A stretch of DNA of 64,000 nt from IMG/VR virus record IMGVR_UViG_3300030107_007272, positions 2,023-66,022 of that record. One strand, 5' to 3'. Under the pieces are notes generated by a model. It was given only the letters and a program-made list of their open reading frames with translations. It was not told the DNA's origin and ran no database searches. Made by a program: the position numbers and the translations under genes. The stretch is from a virus (taxonomy: Duplodnaviria; Caudoviricetes). Positions within the stretch are counted from its first letter, which is position 1. Every line of letters begins with the position of its first letter. This document shows positions 49,215 to 58,221 of this stretch, piece by piece.

Positions 49215-49716
49215 CCGCAAAGTCATCTCCAGGATTCCATTGACAACCTGTCAATCCTCCTGCTTGTAATGCTTTTAAGGTTCTAAATACTTCATCCGCA
49301 CTTCTTCCTGTATCTAACTCGTTACAAGAAGCGTGTCTGACAACATCATTTTCATCAAGAATAAAAGTTGCCCTTAAACAAACACCAGCCAAATTATCAA
49401 CAACTCCTACCTCTGAAGATAATCTCAAACCACAATCAGCTAATAATATATGTTTTATTTTTGATAATTCTTGATGTTGTTTTTTCCAAGCTATTTTACA
49501 ATATTCATTATCTCCACTTATACCAAACACAATAACCTCATCACTAATACTATCCATAGCAATAATTTCAGTAGGGCAAATAAAAGTAAAATCTTTAGGA
49601 TAAAAATATATAACCTTCCATTGACCATGATAATTTGTGCTATCAATTTGTACTATCTCGTCTTTATCAACCCCATCAAGTTTAAAATTTGGAAATATTT
49701 CGTTTACTCCAATCAA
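49192..49716 (-). CDS. peroxiredoxin (AhpC/TSA)
   Basis: YFYPKDFTFICPTE, RATFI, GRS..E..R; start set to TTG at 49716 after GAGGGAG. Confidence 0.9.
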   Translation of the reverse strand: MIGVNEIFPNFKLDGVDKDEIVQIDSTNYHGQWKVIYFYPKDFTFICPTEIIAMDSISDEVIVFGISGDNEYCKIAWKKQHQELSKIKHILLADCGLRLSSEVGVVDNLAGVCLRATFILDENDVVRHASCNELDTGRSADEVFRTLKALQAGGLTGCQWNPGDDFADRQTTHL

Positions 49717-49717
49717 A

Positions 49718-51712
49718 CTATTTTTCTCCCTCAGAAATTGATGGTATTTCACAACTATCATTATTACAAAATTTATCTACATCTGCTTCTTCATTTTTTA
49801 TAACACCGAAAGACAACTTACCTAACTTACTCAATTCCTTATTATATTCATCCTCATCTATTGCTTCATATGGCATCTGTTTATACGCACCATAGTCGTG
49901 TCTTGGTAATAAACTAATACCTTTCAAATGATATTGATAATAATTTAGAGCAGGAGCAATTTGGTCTGCCTCTGTTTCAGGATTAAATGTAACCGTGCAA
50001 CTTACTTGGTTGTCTGCCCAATGTCGTTGTAAAAACGCAGCTAACGAGAATTGTTCCCATATGGAGAGTTCAGAAGCAGTTCTGATTCCTTCTCCCACAT
50101 CTACGGGCACTTCGACAACCATAGTAGTATCTTCTGAACCAAAAGCTGGTTCTAAATTATATCCAGCCTTTTTTAAAGGTTCTAATAATTCTGAATGTTT
50201 TGATAACCTTATTCTTCTTATATAAAATCTTGATTCGGGATAATGAAGACCTGGTGTAGCACCAGCTAACAATGATACAGTTCCACTCGGTTTCACACTT
50301 GTAGTTTTAATTGATTTTGGAACAGCAAACCAATCTGAATATATTTTATCCCAATCTTGTATGACATCATACCCATCATTCAACCATTCTTTAAAGTTAT
50401 CTAGTCCTCTGTTAGTAACAAATTGAGCAACTCCACTAACACTACATCCTATTCTTCTATTTCTTAACATTACTCGATTTGTATCCGACCAATGTGTTTT
50501 ACCAAGAGTTACTGTTTTAGCATAAAGGTAAGCATACTTCAAAGTCTTAGCATAATCATCAAAATCATCATGATTGTTTGGGAATGTTTCTACTAAACAA
50601 CATAACTCATAGGACTCTAAAGATTGCTCTAAACAAGGATTACCACCTGCAACTCTATGGTCTTTATTGTCTCCACCATTTTTCATACGAGAGTATTTTC
50701 TCATATTATGTAACCAAGCAAATCCAGGCTCACCATTGTCTACAATTCTTTTAGCGGCCTCTGTGTAATCCATACCTAACTCTGCGAATATACTATTATT
50801 TGATGTCCAACCATAAGTTTCTCTATGTGGATTTACTTTATAATTTTTTAAATCTAAGTATTCTTCGGAGTGTGAATCTCCAAATACAATTTCGGCAGTT
50901 CTTCTAACATTACCAGCAACAACACATTTTCCTATTAGATTCATAATATCAACAATTGTGGTTACTGTTATTGGTTCTCCACTATTTTTTTCTAATACTT
51001 TTCTAATATCCTCGTGCACCTCTAATAATGGCTCATGTCCACTTGACACTCCACCAAAACCTTGAATTGGCTCACCTGCTGGTCTAACCTTTGAGTAATT
51101 AAATTTAATTGGAGCTTGACCATGAAAGTAACTTTCTAATAACAGTTTAAGTGATTCCACCCAACCTTCTCGTGTATCTGGTATCTCGTATACTTGTTTA
51201 TCTCTATCTTTTTGTACACCTTTTATTACTATCTCTCCAGCACCTTTTGTATCAAACCCAACACCAACACCCAACATACTAGCATCCATAAGGAAACAGA
51301 AAGGTTTAGCATAATCTTCTTTTATTGTTTTTGTTGATACAAAGGCACAATTGTTTAGGGCGGCATATAATCCCTTTTTCTCTGTGATAGGCGTTCCCAT
51401 CGCCCACAGACCGCGACCAGGAGGCAAGAACTTCATAGTAAAAATACGCTCGTACATATCTTGAGCACTTTTTTGAGCTTGCCACGGATTCCACCCTAAT
51501 TGATGTGATTCAATCCAATTCATTTGCATTGAATAAGTTCCTTCAACTACACGCTGAACAGTTTCCCACCATCTTTCGTTTTTTCCATCTTCTTTAATTC
51601 TTGAATAAGTTCTCATATAAACCAATTCACCAAGACCATTAAAACCAAACGGAGCTTTTTTTCTTTTGTATTTATTGATAAAATTCTCCGATAGAACAAA
51701 CTTCTTACTCAT
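49718..51712 (-). CDS. nrdJ: monomeric class II adenosylcobalamin-dependent ribonucleotide reductase
   Basis: RTYSR, FLPPGRGLW, LNNCAF, NPCLEQ, TSVKPSGT, C-terminal FCNNDSC. Confidence 0.93.
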   Translation of the reverse strand: MSKKFVLSENFINKYKRKKAPFGFNGLGELVYMRTYSRIKEDGKNERWWETVQRVVEGTYSMQMNWIESHQLGWNPWQAQKSAQDMYERIFTMKFLPPGRGLWAMGTPITEKKGLYAALNNCAFVSTKTIKEDYAKPFCFLMDASMLGVGVGFDTKGAGEIVIKGVQKDRDKQVYEIPDTREGWVESLKLLLESYFHGQAPIKFNYSKVRPAGEPIQGFGGVSSGHEPLLEVHEDIRKVLEKNSGEPITVTTIVDIMNLIGKCVVAGNVRRTAEIVFGDSHSEEYLDLKNYKVNPHRETYGWTSNNSIFAELGMDYTEAAKRIVDNGEPGFAWLHNMRKYSRMKNGGDNKDHRVAGGNPCLEQSLESYELCCLVETFPNNHDDFDDYAKTLKYAYLYAKTVTLGKTHWSDTNRVMLRNRRIGCSVSGVAQFVTNRGLDNFKEWLNDGYDVIQDWDKIYSDWFAVPKSIKTTSVKPSGTVSLLAGATPGLHYPESRFYIRRIRLSKHSELLEPLKKAGYNLEPAFGSEDTTMVVEVPVDVGEGIRTASELSIWEQFSLAAFLQRHWADNQVSCTVTFNPETEADQIAPALNYYQYHLKGISLLPRHDYGAYKQMPYEAIDEDEYNKELSKLGKLSFGVIKNEEADVDKFCNNDSCEIPSISEGEK

Positions 51713-51780
51713 AAACTTTTTTTCCTCATGTTAACGATATTATGTGATAGGACACAAACATAAATATTAACAACCATCTC

Positions 51781-52857
51781 TTAATTCTTTTTAAATACAA
51801 AAATTGGTTCATATTTATATCCAGCACCCATCACACTTGATAATGTTAGTTGTAGTGTATCACTTTGAACAAACCCAAGTTCCTTTGCTATCCTCTGAGT
51901 CTCTTGCTCTATGAACTTATATCTCGGTGTATTAGCAATATTGATTAACATATATTTACCATCCTTCAAACCTCTGTAACAGTTCTCTATTGTTTTTCTC
52001 AAAAAACCATTTACCCATTCTTCTTTTGTTGGAAACTTTTTGTAACTTTGTGTATCTTCGTCACTATACTTCTCTGTATCAAAATAAGGTGGTGATGTAA
52101 AACATAAATCTAAAGAGTTTTTATCTGGTTCAAACTCTTCACTACCTAATTTATGTAATTCTACTGTCTTTGTCAAGTAAAAAAAATCTTTTCTTATCTT
52201 TTTTAATCCCTCAAAAGTTTTTGATGATGGTTCTGTTCCAATATACTTTTTTCTTGAACTTGCCAAAAAGCCTAATAACCTACCGCCCCAACCACAACTC
52301 ATGTCCCAAATGACATCACCACCAAACTTTTCATATATAAATTTAGCAGCAGTTGGTCGAAAGTTACTTACGGCTTGTGTGCCAGTATAAATTTTTAACG
52401 ATTGTCTAAATCTATTTTCTCTAAATTTATTTTTATCAATACCTTCTTCACCAGCAAATTGTGTTGAACACCATCTCCAACACTTTTTAATTACTGCTCT
52501 AAGTTTTTCATCGTCCATAAATGTCTCCATAGGAGTTCTTGGGGCATTACCACACCTAACATTTACCCAATGTGGAAAATATGTCCAAGCCAAGCGAAGA
52601 CAATGCATCGTCTGAATTATTTGATTATCTTTAAAAATAGTATCTACATCAAATTTCTGTAATTTTCTCATATGAGTGTGTTTTTCATCTTCTCGAACTT
52701 GATAATGTGGAAATCCTTTTTTACGCCAATAATTAAAAATAACCTCTATCCCATAATCTAAGTCATAACCACGAAGATTACTTGTAACTCTTTCATATTC
52801 CACTTCATTCTCATCATACCCAAAAACATTTGTTAATATATCAGGATTATTATTCAT
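51781..52857 (-). CDS. DNA amino-methyltransferase (N6A/N4C)
   Basis: DMSCGWGGRL SAM motif; FTSPPYFDTE catalytic motif. Confidence 0.88.
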   Translation of the reverse strand: MNNNPDILTNVFGYDENEVEYERVTSNLRGYDLDYGIEVIFNYWRKKGFPHYQVREDEKHTHMRKLQKFDVDTIFKDNQIIQTMHCLRLAWTYFPHWVNVRCGNAPRTPMETFMDDEKLRAVIKKCWRWCSTQFAGEEGIDKNKFRENRFRQSLKIYTGTQAVSNFRPTAAKFIYEKFGGDVIWDMSCGWGGRLLGFLASSRKKYIGTEPSSKTFEGLKKIRKDFFYLTKTVELHKLGSEEFEPDKNSLDLCFTSPPYFDTEKYSDEDTQSYKKFPTKEEWVNGFLRKTIENCYRGLKDGKYMLINIANTPRYKFIEQETQRIAKELGFVQSDTLQLTLSSVMGAGYKYEPIFVFKKN

Positions 52858-54226
52858 TCATTAAATCCTCATAACGAGCAGATAACATTTCTTTAACTTG
52901 ATTGTCACGATTGTTAATTTTATGTTGAACATTTTTACCTTGAACCGAACCACTCTCAAAAATCTCTATTTTACCAATATTTGTATTTATACGAGCAGGA
53001 TAAGTTAACCCATCAGGACCAAATCTATTTTTTATGACATGAAAACGACCAGTATTACCTATTTTATCTTCTATCTTACGACTCAATGACATTACGAAGT
53101 CTGCTGTCATTACTTTTGCATAAGACTCAGCGACTTTTGTAGCCTCAATTACATCTTCATCTAAAGCACTTCTGTTTGCCTGACTTGCTGTCCATATTGG
53201 AACTTGTAACTCACCAGCTAAACCTCTCAAGTCTTCATAAATATTACCTAGAGCGTGTCTCATCTCTTGTGATTTGTGAACATCCCTCATGATGTCAGCA
53301 TAGTCTACCAATACCATATCTACTTTTTTACCAAATGTGGTTACTTTTTTCAAATGAGCAGAAAGAGTATTTACAGTACAGGCTTTAGTCGGATAATATT
53401 TAATCGTCAAATTACCTTTTAGATTAAACAACTTTTCCATCACTTCTTCTTTGTGATACTTTAGATTCTGACTTTCCACTCCACTAAAAATACTATCATA
53501 TCTTAAACCAACATAAGCCTCGTTTAACTCTAAAGTGTAATGAACCACATTTAGCCCTTGTGATAAACCATAAGCACCCATAGCACTTAACACCCAAGAC
53601 TTACCAATACCAGCAGGTGCTACGACAACACCTAACTCACCACCACCTAAACCACCTTGCATCAACTCGTTTATAATATCCCAAGGAGTTGGTGATGTGA
53701 CACGAGCAGATTCTTCATATCTGGCATCAATGTCCACTAAATAGTCGTGACCTAGATTTCTCTCAACACCAGCTTGCATCGCCGAGTCAATAAGTGATTT
53801 TATTTCATCTGTATTACCATCAACCTCTAGTATCTTGGCAGATTGGATAACAGCATCTTTTAAAACTTGTGTTTTGTGGAAGTCTAATGCCTTGTCTTTG
53901 ATATATTCCAAATCTTCGGCTTCCATATTCTTAAAAACTTCTTTAAGTGAATCTTTTACATTTACTTGTAATAAATCTGAATCAATCTCTTTTATTTTTA
54001 TCTTAAAAACTTCCATCGTTATGGTCGTTTTATATTCATTATAATATTCACGAATTGTTTTTACAACCCATTTAAAACCATCATTGTTTATATACTTTTC
54101 ATCTAATATATCAACGATTTGTTCTAAAAATAACTTATCAGTTATTAAACATACAATAAACTTTACTTGAAAGCTATATCCAAATTCTGAAATGTTTTTT
54201 GTTTTACTCATTTTTTGTTTTTCCAA
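52850..54226 (-). CDS. replicative helicase (gp41/DnaB-like)
   Basis: APAGIGKS, YTLEL, VDYAD, WTASQANR, KNRFG. Confidence 0.93.
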   Translation of the reverse strand: MEKQKMSKTKNISEFGYSFQVKFIVCLITDKLFLEQIVDILDEKYINNDGFKWVVKTIREYYNEYKTTITMEVFKIKIKEIDSDLLQVNVKDSLKEVFKNMEAEDLEYIKDKALDFHKTQVLKDAVIQSAKILEVDGNTDEIKSLIDSAMQAGVERNLGHDYLVDIDARYEESARVTSPTPWDIINELMQGGLGGGELGVVVAPAGIGKSWVLSAMGAYGLSQGLNVVHYTLELNEAYVGLRYDSIFSGVESQNLKYHKEEVMEKLFNLKGNLTIKYYPTKACTVNTLSAHLKKVTTFGKKVDMVLVDYADIMRDVHKSQEMRHALGNIYEDLRGLAGELQVPIWTASQANRSALDEDVIEATKVAESYAKVMTADFVMSLSRKIEDKIGNTGRFHVIKNRFGPDGLTYPARINTNIGKIEIFESGSVQGKNVQHKINNRDNQVKEMLSARYEDLMNE

Positions 54227-55266
54227 TAGTGGTCGAGAATATTAAACTCTGTTAACCAGTTATCAAAATTAGGTATCTGTCCCCATAATTTATCCTTTAC
54301 AAACAAAGTTTGCAACTGATATTTTACTAATTTTGGCACCATTTCTCTAACCGAATCTCCTATTTTTAGTTTTGTTTGATTTTTTATGTTAGGATCTCCT
54401 AACTGCATTAGAAGATAATTTCTTTTTATTATCAACTCACTATCTTGTATCATTTTTGATATTCTTGTATTTCTTGAATTTGCCATATCCAAAAGGTCTT
54501 TTGTGTTAAAAACTCTGTCTTCAACCAAAAGTGGAAACTCTTTTATCAAAGTTTTCACACCTATGCCTCTAACACCAGGTATTTCATCTGATTTATCTCC
54601 CTCTACAACCCTACAAGTTAACACATTTTGTGGGTAAACTCCAAACTCTTTTTTTATTGTTTCTCTATCATATAATATTTTTTTAGTTGGTGAGTAAAGT
54701 TTTACCCTTTTATCAACCAACTGATAGAAATCTTTATCAGCTGACATAATAGTGAATTGACTTTCTTTCAGAACAAGATTACAGATATAACTCATTATAT
54801 CATCAGCTTCTAAATTATCTATTGATACAATAGTTAGTGGTAAACATTCTAAATACTCTACCAATCTTCTAAGTTGTAACGCCATACTTTCTCGTTCATC
54901 ATGAGGTCCTCCACCCCAATTTACCAACCGATTTAATCTACTTCTAATTTTACGACCAGCTTTATATTGTGGAAATATTTTTTGCCGTGGCTTGGAAGAG
55001 TTTTTACCATCAAATACTATTACACAACGAGTCGGTTTAAACTTGTTGATTGTATATCTTATTGATTTTAAAAACCCAACCAAACCACCAACATGGGCGC
55101 CATCCTCATTTAAGGATGGATTGACGCTGAAACTACGAATAAATGTATTAAAACCATCGACCAACAAAACATGGTCGTTTAAGTTTTTAGTTTCAGGATT
55201 TACTTCAATCTCATCCTTAAACTCGTAGAATCTTTTATTTAATAAGTTTCTACTTGTTTCACTCAT
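54208..55266 (-). CDS. 5'-3' exonuclease / RNase H (PolI N-terminal-like)
   Basis: LVDGFN, VFDG, YKAGR, EADD, SADKDF, GDKSDEIPGVRGIG. Confidence 0.92.
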   Translation of the reverse strand: MSETSRNLLNKRFYEFKDEIEVNPETKNLNDHVLLVDGFNTFIRSFSVNPSLNEDGAHVGGLVGFLKSIRYTINKFKPTRCVIVFDGKNSSKPRQKIFPQYKAGRKIRSRLNRLVNWGGGPHDERESMALQLRRLVEYLECLPLTIVSIDNLEADDIMSYICNLVLKESQFTIMSADKDFYQLVDKRVKLYSPTKKILYDRETIKKEFGVYPQNVLTCRVVEGDKSDEIPGVRGIGVKTLIKEFPLLVEDRVFNTKDLLDMANSRNTRISKMIQDSELIIKRNYLLMQLGDPNIKNQTKLKIGDSVREMVPKLVKYQLQTLFVKDKLWGQIPNFDNWLTEFNILDHYWKNKK

Positions 55267-56356
55267 CCGCGAACTCTTGGTCTGTTGTTACATCATCAAT
55301 ACCTAACTGACCTGAATCATATTTTAGTATTAACTTTTTACAGATAGAGTCGTAGATGTATTCTTGTGTATCCACATCAGAAATAAGTGAACCAAAGTCT
55401 TTGGATTGGAATTTATGCTCTTTATCATTTTGGTCAACAAAAGTATACCAAGCACCAGCTTGTTTCACTAACTTATGGTCTTTCATTATACCTAACCAAC
55501 TTCCATAGTCATCAATACCTTTGTCAAAATAAAGGGGAAACTCAGCACTTCTTAAAGGAGGACCTAATCTATTCTTTATAACTTGAGCTCTAATCTTGAT
55601 TCCAATAGTGTTCTTTTTGGTATCTTTTATTTGTCCCATATTTTTTAGACGAATACGAGTAGAAGCATGAAATGGGAGAGCTTTACCACCAGAAGTAGTC
55701 CAAGGATCTCCAAACATCACACCAAGTTTCTGTCTTAACTGATTAGTAAAGATTAAACATACTCTTTGACGAGCAATAAGTTGTGTAATCTTTCTCATAG
55801 CTTTAGACAAGACAATGGCTTTACTTGTAGCCCAACCATCTTTGTCGAAGTCAGCATCCATCTCTACTTTAGTTGAGGCAGCAGCTAAACTATCTACAAG
55901 TATTGTAACTAATTTGTCTTTACTAGATTCTCTTATTTTAGCAACTATTGTTTCTATTGTATCGAAAATATCTTCTATTGTTTCCAAATGAATGTATAAC
56001 ATACTATCGGTATCTATTCCGATTGCTTGTAAGAATTCAGCTGAAACAGCAGACTCGGTATCTATATAGACAGCAAGTCCACCTTTCTTTTGGGTAGAAG
56101 CAAGAGCGTGAGCACCAATAAGTGATTTACCACTTCCCTCTAATCCATTTATCTCTGTAATCCTACCAGCAGCTAAACCACCATGAGGTCTATTTGATAT
56201 TGCTAAATCTAATAAGGTAGAACCTGTTGAAATCCAATCAGTAACATCTGTCGGTGTATCTTGTACACCATCTAGAAAATATGCTACTTGATGAGATTTA
56301 AATTGTTTATTAAGTTCACCAGCTAAAACTTCAGCCAGTTCGTCTCTGTTTGACAT
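55259..56356 (-). CDS. recA: RecA/UvsX recombinase
   Basis: GRITEINGLEGSGKS, YIDTE, VDSLAA, NQLR, GGKALPFHAS. Confidence 0.93.
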   Translation of the reverse strand: MSNRDELAEVLAGELNKQFKSHQVAYFLDGVQDTPTDVTDWISTGSTLLDLAISNRPHGGLAAGRITEINGLEGSGKSLIGAHALASTQKKGGLAVYIDTESAVSAEFLQAIGIDTDSMLYIHLETIEDIFDTIETIVAKIRESSKDKLVTILVDSLAAASTKVEMDADFDKDGWATSKAIVLSKAMRKITQLIARQRVCLIFTNQLRQKLGVMFGDPWTTSGGKALPFHASTRIRLKNMGQIKDTKKNTIGIKIRAQVIKNRLGPPLRSAEFPLYFDKGIDDYGSWLGIMKDHKLVKQAGAWYTFVDQNDKEHKFQSKDFGSLISDVDTQEYIYDSICKKLILKYDSGQLGIDDVTTDQEFADE

Positions 56357-56374
56357 TTATTACTCCTTAAAAAT

Positions 56375-56409
56375 GGGTGAGCCGGAAAAAGGAGGAAACC
56401 AGCCCACCC
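56375..56409 (-). promoter_or_regulatory. GC-rich hairpin (terminator/attenuator) whose loop carries an anti-SD sequence
   Basis: GGGTGGGCTGG-TTTCCTCCTTTTT-CCGGCTCACCC, then ATTTTT and AAGGAG. Confidence 0.65.
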
Positions 56410-56419
56410 TACCACGCGG

Positions 56420-57166
56420 TTATGAATTAAATAATTTATCGAAATCGTCTTCTACATTAGCAGAAGCTTCAGTTGTCACCATTTCTGGTTCTTTACTATC
56501 TTCATTACCACCATCATTATCTGATGGATTTAAGAAATTAGATAAGTGTTCTTTTAATTCATCGAAAGTTGGTTCATTGTACAACTCTTTGATGTCTGGT
56601 TGTTCTTCGAGTAACTTCTCTAATACATTACTGTCATCAGAGAGTGGTGTTTGATTTGGTTTGACACGAATGGTAGTTTTACCATATTGATTACCAGCTT
56701 CAGCAGGTGTTTGTCTTTCAACAACAATGTCACGACCATTTGTAGAATCAGAAATATCACCATAATCCGGATCTGCTATGATAGATAATAGTTCTTGATA
56801 AACAGTTTTACCAAAACCCCAAAATTTAACACCTTCGGATTCTTCACCACGAACTACTACAGGAACGAATGTTCTCATCTTTGGTTCAATTCTTTTACCT
56901 TGAATCCACTCGTCTTTATTACCACTACCTTTTAATTTATCAGCAAATTGTTGAACTGGATCTGGTCTACCATACGAAAGTGGTGACAACACAGTTTTAT
57001 TTGCTACTAAACTGTAATGAAAGAACAACTCACTAAAAGGATTGTTCTTGTCATGCTTATAAGGCACAATTCTAATTTGAGATTTTCCAGGTTGAGGTTT
57101 CCAAAACGCATTTGTTTGTGTGTTCTGTAACTGATTGAGACGGCTTTTTATAGCATCTAAGTCCAT
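56420..57166 (-). CDS. single-stranded DNA-binding protein (gp32-like)
   Basis: FWKP...IRIVP, FWGFGKTVY, YGDISD..GRDI, acidic tail DDFDKLF. Confidence 0.85.
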   Translation of the reverse strand: MDLDAIKSRLNQLQNTQTNAFWKPQPGKSQIRIVPYKHDKNNPFSELFFHYSLVANKTVLSPLSYGRPDPVQQFADKLKGSGNKDEWIQGKRIEPKMRTFVPVVVRGEESEGVKFWGFGKTVYQELLSIIADPDYGDISDSTNGRDIVVERQTPAEAGNQYGKTTIRVKPNQTPLSDDSNVLEKLLEEQPDIKELYNEPTFDELKEHLSNFLNPSDNDGGNEDSKEPEMVTTEASANVEDDFDKLFNS

Positions 57167-57212
57167 TATTATTCTCCTAGTTTAAGTTTATGTTTATTAT
57201 TATTGTTATACC

Positions 57213-57221
57213 TATAAATAT
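57213..57221 (-). promoter_or_regulatory. ATATTTATA motif
   Basis: Recurring intergenic 9-mer upstream of the SSB gene. Confidence 0.5.
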
Positions 57222-57256
57222 TACTAAAGTAAGATTTGTAAGTAACCAATTTATAT

Positions 57257-57285
57257 AATATACAAACTTCTAATGAAAAAGTCAA
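57257..57285 (-). promoter_or_regulatory. sigma70-like promoter TTGACT-N17-TATATT
   Basis: Intergenic, upstream of the SSB gene. Confidence 0.65.
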
Positions 57286-57824
57286 GATAATTTTTTAATA
57301 ATTTTATCAACTTTTTCTTCTAAGGCAGACAACCTATCTTCTACTGTTGTAGGTTTAGTTCTATGTGCCATTAGTTGATTGTATACCATATTAATCATTC
57401 TATCTCTATCTATGATATTTGATGGAAGATTATTTTTATTTTTCTCATACCATAATATAACATCTTTTTTCCAAATATCAAAGTCTTTTTTTGAAGAATT
57501 TTGTATGTTTAACTTTGGCATTGGTTTAAGTGGTATTCTTTTTTGAATGGGCTCTGCTCGTAAGAATTTTTTAACATCTTTTATATCTCTATATCCTACT
57601 AAAGATGTCCCAATATTAGAATTATGCATCAAAGGAGTAATTCTCTGTAGCTTATTCATTCTAATTATGTTGTCGTATGTTAGTTTTGTTTTTTTGTCGT
57701 CAATAGAAAGTATCTGAATTTTTTGTTCTTTCTGAAGTGTTTTATTTATTTCTTTTATTGACGGCTCCATTTTTTTACACCAGGCACATCCACTCCTAGT
57801 GAAAAAGTATATTGGTGATGCCAT
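57282..57824 (-). CDS. thioredoxin-like protein with C-terminal extension
   Basis: YFFTRSGCAWCKKMEP CxxC motif. Confidence 0.75.
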   Translation of the reverse strand: MASPIYFFTRSGCAWCKKMEPSIKEINKTLQKEQKIQILSIDDKKTKLTYDNIIRMNKLQRITPLMHNSNIGTSLVGYRDIKDVKKFLRAEPIQKRIPLKPMPKLNIQNSSKKDFDIWKKDVILWYEKNKNNLPSNIIDRDRMINMVYNQLMAHRTKPTTVEDRLSALEEKVDKIIKKLS

Positions 57825-57825
57825 A

Positions 57826-58221
57826 TTATAACTCGATTATTTTTAGTATCCTCGTTGGTATTTTTTGTAAACCCTCTTTATTTGAAATTAAAATCATATT
57901 TTTATATGTGTCCCATTCTACCTGATAATTTGTATCTAACACTCCATTATTAATTGTTTTAATTAATTCATTTAGTGCATTAATAGTATAGAGTGTATTT
58001 GTTATTTTCTTTCTATGTAAAGATATAGTATTATTAACAGAATTAAAATCTATTTTATCATCTTTATTTACATTGTATGTACATATTAACTCTTTTTGTT
58101 TTTCTTCATTTTGCAATACATAAATTTTATCGAACACAACCTTGAAGTTTTTCGTGATGTCACGAATTGATTGTTCAAGGTTATGTTGAGTCGTGAATGT
58201 ACATAGTAATTGTGTTTTCAT
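57826..58221 (-). CDS. hypothetical phage protein
   Basis: TQLLCTF...ISLHRKK..NTLYTINALN. Confidence 0.75.
   Translation of the reverse strand: MKTQLLCTFTTQHNLEQSIRDITKNFKVVFDKIYVLQNEEKQKELICTYNVNKDDKIDFNSVNNTISLHRKKITNTLYTINALNELIKTINNGVLDTNYQVEWDTYKNMILISNKEGLQKIPTRILKIIEL

Noticed and set aside
49150-49260. Canonical cobalamin riboswitch before the TonB receptor
   Set aside because: No B12-box or GGGAA...CCC core, and the intergenic space is only about 40 nt
43087-56356. Inteins or introns in PolB, RNR, helicase or RecA
   Set aside because: Lengths are normal, frames are continuous, and no C...HN splice or LAGLIDADG motifs were seen
56370-56420. GC-rich intergenic stretch as a tRNA or tRNA-Sec
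   Set aside because: Too short, no cloverleaf or TTC loop; explained by one hairpin
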